Origin: the human T2T-CHM13v2.0 reference genome, Homo sapiens
DNA length: 64,000 nucleotides
Assembly: GCF_009914755.1 (NCBI RefSeq)
Contig: NC_060932.1
Direction: 5' to 3' (one strand)
Shown in pieces: positions 56,384 through 64,000 of this stretch (position 1 is the stretch's first letter; each line of letters starts with the position of its first letter). The notes under the pieces were generated by a model that was not told the DNA's origin, ran no database searches, and saw only the letters and a program-made list of their open reading frames with translations. Both the position numbers and the translations under genes were made by a program.

Positions 56384-58204
56384 CCTTGTGGTTAAAGTGT
56401 CACCCTTGGCAGATGTTCTCTCAGCCCTCCACCACTGGCGGTGCTCATGGGGAAAAGGCAAGACTGGTGTCAAGTAATGACCATTACTGATATTCCTGAG
56501 GCTGCAGATACTCAAAAGGGTCCCGTCTCTGCACCCAATACACAGACTACCACCTGCTTGTGACCATTGAACAAAGGCTACTTGCAAACAACTTCTCCAC
56601 TGCTGAGACATCAGCCCAATCCCACAGTAATCCTCATTGCCTTTTATTTCTCCATTCTTAGGACAAAGTAATAATGGTCAAAATATCCTTCTTCTACAAT
56701 GACAAAATATCCCATATTGATGTCAAAGTATGTTACTGCACCCCCAGGGGGACCACCCCCAGTTCGGACCTGCTCTGCAAACCGTCCCATAAGTGACTAA
56801 TTTATATGCTGAATCCTTGGTGGGCCCAGCTTCAGCACTTGGGGCACCACTAAGGTAGAAAAATTCCACCACAGTTTTTCATGTAAACTCTACTCCTTTT
56901 GCATCCTCCAACGACTATTGAATGGTGCAGCTGAAGCCAAGCCCAGGCTGAGGAAACTCTGCAGAGCTCCTTATTCACTACATGGGGAATGCCATCAATG
57001 TGGTGCCTGTGTCTGTGAATGGTTAAGTATTTTTGGCTTGGTCTTGAGAGCTCATTGTAAAAAGAAATGTGATGAAGGAGAAAGACATCAAAGTTAGAAT
57101 TGTATCTGCTAGAATCCTGACTCCCTCCCTGCAGCATTGACACCTTGTAAGTGCTACTAAGCACCTATTGGCATGCGTTTCTTACTAAGTGGTAAATGTT
57201 AATCACCACTGTGCTTAGCTATTGTGAGGATTCGGTCTGCTGCACAGGAAAGCACTTGGAGCAGAGTTCGCCCTTGACACTCCATGGCAAGGTCAGTGAT
57301 CAGTCTTCCTTTCTTTAATTAACTGCTTGAGAAAATGTATGCAGCTTATACTCCAAATCCCCCCAAATCCTATTTGAGCTCTGTGCTTTCTTGTCTACTT
57401 TATTCATATGACCACCTTAAACGTTCTTCATTTCCTAAGTCAAGCTAGGAAACGTAATTCATTGCATGAGGGAAAAGCTACTTTCTGGGAGTTCTTTGTT
57501 TGGTTAGGCTGTATGCCTCTTTGTGCCATGGTATTGATTTATACATGGCATAGGTATATAGACAGTACCAGAGCAAAGTTATACAAACATGGAAAACACA
57601 GTCTGGTCTTCACATTCAGGACCTCCTCTCTAGCCAGTGTAAGCTGCTGCCTGAGCGTGGCTGCCAGCAGCTCCACTGTCTCACTCTGTAGACCAGTGCA
57701 CACTAGGACAGCCCGGAGGGGAAAAACCTGGGGACCCTGGAAGGGGAGTATTTTGGAAGATTTTTCTCCATCCTAGCCAATCTCCACCATTCTGTGTTGG
57801 GATGAAGTCAGCAAGGCATCATTTGGGTAGGAGGGGATACTTAGACTTATTTACAAGGTTGACTTATCCTGGAGGAAAAACAGTGGCTTACGGAGTGACC
57901 TGACTTGCTTCACTTTTAAAGACTGTATAGAAATGAACACTCACAACCTATCTTTTGGAAACTTGTTCTTTTGACGTGGAATCATGTGCATGTTTCTTGA
58001 CTTATGTCATAAAAGGTAATAGAATGGTCTCACTTTTTGGTAATCTAAGCATTTAGGAATATGAAATTTATCTTGCATAAGAAAAGATGTTAACACATTG
58101 AATTTCCAAGTTATTCAACTAGAGTAATTTTTGCTAAAATTTTGTAAATGCTATCAGAAATCTCATGAATATAGTTTACAATTAAGAGTTCTATTTCTGC
58201 TAAT

Positions 58205-60522
58205 GACTGTGAAAAGAAAATTATAGACCAATGTTTCTAAGGAACATAAATGCAAGAATCCTAAATAAAATATTAGAAAACTGAATCCAGCAATCTACAA
58301 AAAGGACAGTACATTATGACCAAGCAGGGTTTATACTAGGAAGGCAAAGTTGGTTTAATATTTAAATATAAATCAATGTAGATTACTTTGTTAACAGCAT
58401 AAAGGAGAATTATCTGATCATGGCTGTAGATACAGAAAAAGCATTCATTAAAGTTTAATACTCATTCATGATAAAAACTTGCAGTATACTAGGAGTAAAA
58501 AGGCATTTTCTTAATCGATGAAGGATCTTGATCTAAAATACCCCTACATCTGATATCATGTTTAATGGTGAAATATTGAACATCTTCCCCCAGAGATTGA
58601 GACCAAAGTGAAGGTATCCATTCTCATTACTTGAATTCAACATACTACCGAAGGCTCCAGCCACTGTAGCAAGGTAAGAAATATAAATAAAGGGCATAAT
58701 AATTGCGAGAGAAGAAGTAAAATTATTTTATTTGCAGATGATATTATGGTTTACACAGCTATCTAAGGAATCTTCAAAGCAACTGCTAGAAACCATAGTG
58801 AATTCAGCAGTTGTAAAATACATGAACTATATACAAAAATGAATTGTATTTCTATATACTTGCAGCAAAGACTTGAAAAATTAAACAAAAATAATCCATC
58901 TATAATAACACACATACAAAATAAAACAATAAGTTCAAGAAAAGACATCCAAGATTACTACATTGAAAACTATAAGGCACTGCTGAGAGAAATTACAGGA
59001 GGCCTAAATGAATGGAGAGTAATAACCATGCTCATGGCTGGAGGACACACTGTCTTTCTTGTGTTGTTTCTCCTCAAATTGATCTATTGATTCAACACAG
59101 TCTCAACCAAAATTCCAATGGCACTTTGTAAAAGAAAAGGCCAGCTGATTCTAAAAGATATTTGGGAAAGCAAAGCACCTAAGAAAACCGATACATTGCT
59201 GGGTGGTGGGGGTTGTGTGGAGAAAGAGAAACACATTGGAGGACTCATTATCTGACATCAGTTTTTTTTCTATTGACCTATATTAATTATAATAGTGGGT
59301 TATTGCTTTAAGAATAGACAAGTAGATCAATGGAAGAGAATGGAGAGTTCAGAAACAGACCTACACATACATGGTCAAGTGATTTTTTTGACAGACGTTC
59401 AAGGCCATTGTTGTCATCAGAATGACACCTGTTCAGCTACATAAAAGTGTGAAAAAATGACTCAATCTTTATCATTCACAAACACACAAAATTAATTTAA
59501 GATGTATCATAAACTTAACCACAAAAACTAAGAGTCTAAGGCTTCTGTAAGACAACACTGAACAATATCTTTGCAACCTTTGAAGTAGGCAAAGATTTCT
59601 GAGGGAGGACAGAGCAAGTTAAAAACAAAAAGGAAACAAAGACTGATAAATTGGACTTCATCAAAACTAAAACTGCTCATCAAAAGAAACCATTAAGAAA
59701 ATGAAAATGCAAGCTACAGATGTAAATAAAAATATTTACAATACATATATGTGACAAAGGACTTCTATAAAAATAAATACATTACATATATAATTCATTT
59801 AAATGTGCAAAAGACACTTCTCTAAAGAAGAGAGGAATGGTCAACAAGTACATGAAAAAGTGATCAAGATCCTACAAAAATGCAAATGAAAACCATGACA
59901 TACAATTTTATACGCATTAGCATACTTAAAATTGGAAAGACTGACAGCACCAAATGTTGACAAGGCTATCCAGTAACTGAAACTCTCAAATGCTGCTGGT
60001 GGGAATGTAAAATGGTACAACCATCTTGGAAAACAATTTGGCAGCTTCTTATAAAGTTAAACATACAGTTGCTTCAGAGCCCAGCCATTCCATTTCCAGG
60101 TATTTACAAGAGAAATAAAAACCGAAAAAGACTAAAATAAGAATATTCATGGCAGCTTTGTCTATAAAAGCAAAAACATGGAAAAAACCAAATGTCTGTC
60201 AAAAGAGAATGGATAAACAGTTTGGTAGCCATAAAATGGACTACTACTTAAAAATAAAAGGAAACAAACTATTGATAAATAAAACATCATGCATGAATCT
60301 CAAGAACATTATGCAGAGGGAGAGAAGTCAGACCCTAAAAAGCATATACTTCATGATTCCATTTGTATTAAGTTTGAGAACAGGCAAAATTAATCTATGG
60401 TGGTAACAGGCAGAAGGGTGGTTGTCTCTGCACGGGTGGCATTGTCTAGAAAGGGATATGATTGTATTCTTATAGTCTGTGCATTTCCCTGTCTGTACAT
60501 TTCACCACAATACAATAAAAAT
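58205..60522 (+). mobile_element. Old L1M (L1MC/ME-like) ORF2 remnants and 3' end
   Basis: ORF 58839..59090 has YIENYKALLREI and ORF 60149..60406 has IKAKTWKKP, both L1 ORF2-like. Confidence 0.88.
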
Positions 60523-61581
60523 GCAATCTTAGAAGTCTAAGTTTGCTGAGTTGTTCTTCAGTGTTTACTTTATTAGGAATTGGAGAGAGCGAAGAGGTTT
60601 AAGCTTTGGGACAGGAAACAGACCAAGGAAACAAACCCCAAGGGCCGAGTGGGTGTGGCATGAGGAAGGATTCTCTCCTGATGACAGGCTGTTTCTAGCC
60701 CAGTTCACTCCCACCTGCCCCTAAGGACCCATTTCAACTGTCCATTCTATTTGGGTTAGAGGTAAATTGCCAGAAATAGAGACAAATTAAAATGCCAGAT
60801 TGATTTCCTTTATTTTCTCCTTCCTATTTTGGTGACTAGGGAGAGGTCTGGAAATGTTGATAACAATTTTAATAGAGACAAAAGCAGAGACCAGGATATA
60901 CTACCATTTTTCATATTTTTTTTCTCTAAAATTCATTAGATTCTGAACCTTTCTGACTCTGGAGTTTTTCTATCCGGACTCCGTACATCCCATGAACTTT
61001 CATTACCTCATGGTGTTCCTTCTGCTCAGAATTCCTTATTCTGCTTTCTCTTTTAAAAATTCTTTTTTTCCCCCCAAATGCAATTCTAAATATCATGTTT
61101 GTCAAACCCACTTCATTTGAAGGAACAGATTTGTGTTTTACTCACAACTTTGCTCCCAGCACCTAGAACAATGACTGGCACTTAGAGGGTGAGCAGCTCC
61201 TTCCCTCATTTTCAATCAATCAATCATCAATCAGTCTGTATTATGCATTCACTGTTGGTGGGCTGAGCAGTATCACCGCACACCATGCATACCCACTGAC
61301 TTCCTCAGGCAGCATAAACGGCTCCTCCCTTTATATTCATACAGCAGAGGCATTAGTGGGTTGCTTGTGTGTGTACTCATTCCCTCTTTGTAGAACCTAA
61401 GCTTTCCGAGAGGCGTCTGAGTCTTGATTGTTTTTGTTGGAAAAGTGCAATGTCTGGTATACAGTAAACATGCAACAAAATCTTCAATGAAGGAAGGAAG
61501 GAAGGAAGGAAAACAGTACTCACCAGAGGACAACAAAACTTTCAGAAAAACTGTGGTGTTTTGTCCTGGGTGTAAGAAGGG

Positions 61582-61607
61582 GTGTGTGTGTGTGTGTGTG
61601 TGTGTGT
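61582..61607. repeat. (GT)13 microsatellite
   Basis: Directly visible. Confidence 0.95.
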
Positions 61608-62178
61608 CTCGTGTTCCTCTTCTGCATCCACTTTGACATCTTGGGAGGATGGGATTTGCCAACACACATTCACTGTGACCTGGGAGTACAGCAGGGATTC
61701 CCTGTCCCAGTGGAGCTGGCTCCCTCCCAGCCCAGTTCAGGGAATATGGGAGTGGACTGAGATGGATTTACAAGAGGGTCTTCTTCACCTGAAGCACCAG
61801 GAGCTCTGGCATGTCACTGGCCATTCTCATGAGGTGTGGGAGGAGCTCCAGGGCTCCTCTGGCCACAGTGACAGTGGCAGACTCTATGGCAAACCCATGG
61901 GGCTAGTTTGTTGTGAACTTTGCCCAGAATTCAACACAACACCGACTTTATGTGTAGCTGTGGAAAGGGCCTGGCATCTCCTTGGTGGGGAGAAAGGCAG
62001 TGATGACCATGGGCCAGCTTCTGGGCACCTCAGGGAGCAGCTGGTGGGGACTGACCAGGTAAGGAGGTTAGCGTGCACCTGGCAGCAAACTAGGCCAGCA
62101 ACTCACCAGTGCCAGTGAAGCCCAGGGAAAGACAATTTAGCAGCTTTAGAAGCTTTGACTACCCTTTCATGTCGTCTG

Positions 62179-62257
62179 TTAGATTGAACGATATAAATTG
62201 AGGATATTTGTCCATTTTTGACTTACCAAAATATCAGTTTCATATACTTCAATCTAA
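62179..62257. mobile_element. MADE2-like mariner MITE (~80-bp imperfect palindrome)
   Basis: Terminal inverted repeats ttagattgaa...ttcaatctaa; interior ccatttttgacttaccaaaa matches the recalled MADE2 pattern. Confidence 0.8.
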
Positions 62258-63489
62258 TCTTTATTTTTTAGTACCTGCTGTGTTTAAAGTTTAAGGTGCA
62301 TACATCCCAGAAAGAAATAAAAAGAAATACCGAGAAATGAAAGAAAGAGAAAGAGAAAAGAAATAAAAAGAAAGAAATTGTAAAATCAAAAGTACCATTT
62401 TCCCCTTTTTTTGCAGGTGACTTAGGGACAGTTATGAGCATGAGACAGGAAACATTTATGGTGGGGAAGTTAAAACATCATTTCTGAGAATTCTAAGTGT
62501 GGCTCTTTTTCTCCTCCTGGGCACCCCAGCAGGTCCCTCCTTTGTATGGAAATGGTTTCTACTTTTCTTCCAGCCTTAATGTGACTGCATGGCAGCCATG
62601 GTGCAGAGCTGGGAGTGGTCAGAGTGAGAGGTTCAGCCGAGGAGAGACCTGTTAGTCACCGTGTGCTGGCTGGAGGTTGGAGTGTGCCGGTGTCCACTTG
62701 ACTGGCTTCCAAGGGAAAGGTAGACAGCTGCATGACAGACAGGCCTGGTCACAGCAGGTTACGATGCACTGTGTCATCCGGCACACCAGGCAATTTCCTT
62801 TTTGAGTCACTTTTCAGCTAAGAATGAATCATGCTCCACCCTCCTTTTCAGCCCTTTATGCTTGCCGGCTCTGCAGCCAAGATGGGAGGGAGGCCATTTC
62901 CTCTCTGCTGAGAGCAGGTCAGCAAGGAAGCTCCTGAGAGTGCAGCCCTTTCCCTGCTGGGCGGAATCTGCAGGAGAATGCCTGGTCCCCTTGTAAGGTG
63001 GCCCCTCCAGGAGCGGGGTGGCCAGCCCCAGAGCCTTCTACCACCTGGAGGCAAACCCTGAACCTGGAAAGTGAGAGGCGGGGCCAGGCCATTTGCTAGT
63101 AGAGAAATGTAGGAAAGTTCCTTTTCTGTGTGTGTTTTCTCTTGACTTTAAAAAATCATAAGCTTGCCCATGGAGCTTTTGTGAGAGGAGAGATTTGACC
63201 AGCTCTGTGCCTGCCCCCTGGGTCCTTAGCTGGTCGCTTTGTGCTTTGTCACTAGAAAAGGAAGATGTATCTAAATCACTATCACTAGATTTGGCCAATG
63301 GAATTTTTGAAAACGTTTTCCATTTTCTCATGGTTTTGAAAAGTCTATACTTACCAAGAATTTGGCTTTAAGTTGTTGTTTTGTTGTTGGCAACTTTCTT
63401 TTGTTCTCTGTTTCGTTTATCAACCTATAGAAACAGGTCAAAAATTAAATGACTCCTTATACAAGGCAATTAAAGACATGAATGTGGGT

Positions 63490-63890
63490 GACGGACTCTG
63501 AGCAGAGAGCCTTTGCGATTCTCTGGCAGGAAGGAAGAAGCCGCGGGTGTGGCGGAGGTGAGGTGGCCGGGCCCCTGCTCCCTCGCGCTGGGCTGCGTGC
63601 TCTGGATGGGGTGGTGTCAGGGCTCTGCGCCTCCGCCCGGCGGCCTTCCAGACCTGACGCCTTATTCGGAGCAGCGAAATGGAATCCTGAAGCCTGAGAA
63701 AAAGACAGGACTCATCAGGGGATCTAAAAGCTGGTGCCTTGCTTTCAGGCCAGGTCCAGGGTTGGGGGATTCCCGGGGAGGCGCCAACTCTGAGAAGCAG
63801 GCTTGGTGCGCGCCTTTGCCTTCGCCTTCTCCTCCAGGCCTCTTCCATTCCCTCCTGGAGGGCTCCCTTCCAGCGGCGGAGGCATGCCTT
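63490..63890. promoter_or_regulatory. Orphan CpG-rich patch (candidate promoter or enhancer)
   Basis: Non-Alu cluster of CpGs (ccgcggg, ctcgcgc, ctgcgcctccgcccggcggcc, gtgcgcgcc) with a GC-box-like ctccgccc. Confidence 0.6.
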
Positions 63891-64000
63891 TTGGATTTTC
63901 AGGGTTTTTTCAAGAGTCTTCAATTTAAAACGAGTTTCTTTAGAAAAAGATTCCTACTTTGCTTCAGGACGGATGCTGTGGGTAGAGTGGATGGCGGAAT

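Noticed and set aside
63036-63054. Possible CTCF site ccacctggaggca
   Set aside because: Mismatches at core positions of the CTCF motif; cannot be supported without a PWM score or ChIP data.
61582-63923. 178-aa (61582..62118) and 161-aa (63438..63923) ORFs
   Set aside because: Non-ATG starts, one within a (GT)n repeat and the other across a GC-rich patch; no recognisable homology or exon-like boundaries.

Overview
Primate (human or great-ape) genomic DNA, not prokaryotic. The only recognisable protein-coding gene is CLXN/EFCAB1 (calaxin, the Ca2+-binding outer-dynein-arm docking-associated EF-hand protein of motile cilia and sperm flagella) on the minus strand. Five coding exons (9000-8943, 5353-5198, 4494-4390, 3721-3570, 2996-2892; 576 nt = 192 codons) have canonical GT-AG junctions; the last exon is not in the window (left of base 1). 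Its CpG-island promoter carries RFX X-box, NF-Y, GC-box and MYB-type motifs. The remaining ~55 kb upstream is non-coding and repeat-rich: 13 Alus, old L1M fragments, one young 5'-truncated L1PA, L2/MIR, MaLR LTRs including a near full-length MST provirus, Tigger/MADE DNA elements, microsatellites, a few repeat-free enhancer-like blocks and a CpG-rich patch near 63.5 kb. The best novelty candidate is a speculative two-exon minus-strand transcript: rearranged MST LTR, strong donor at 29829, strong acceptor at 28804, then a 92-aa unique-sequence ORF with good Kozak context. Repeat family names and consensus comparisons come from my recollection of consensus sequences, not from a search; boundaries of old repeats are approximate.
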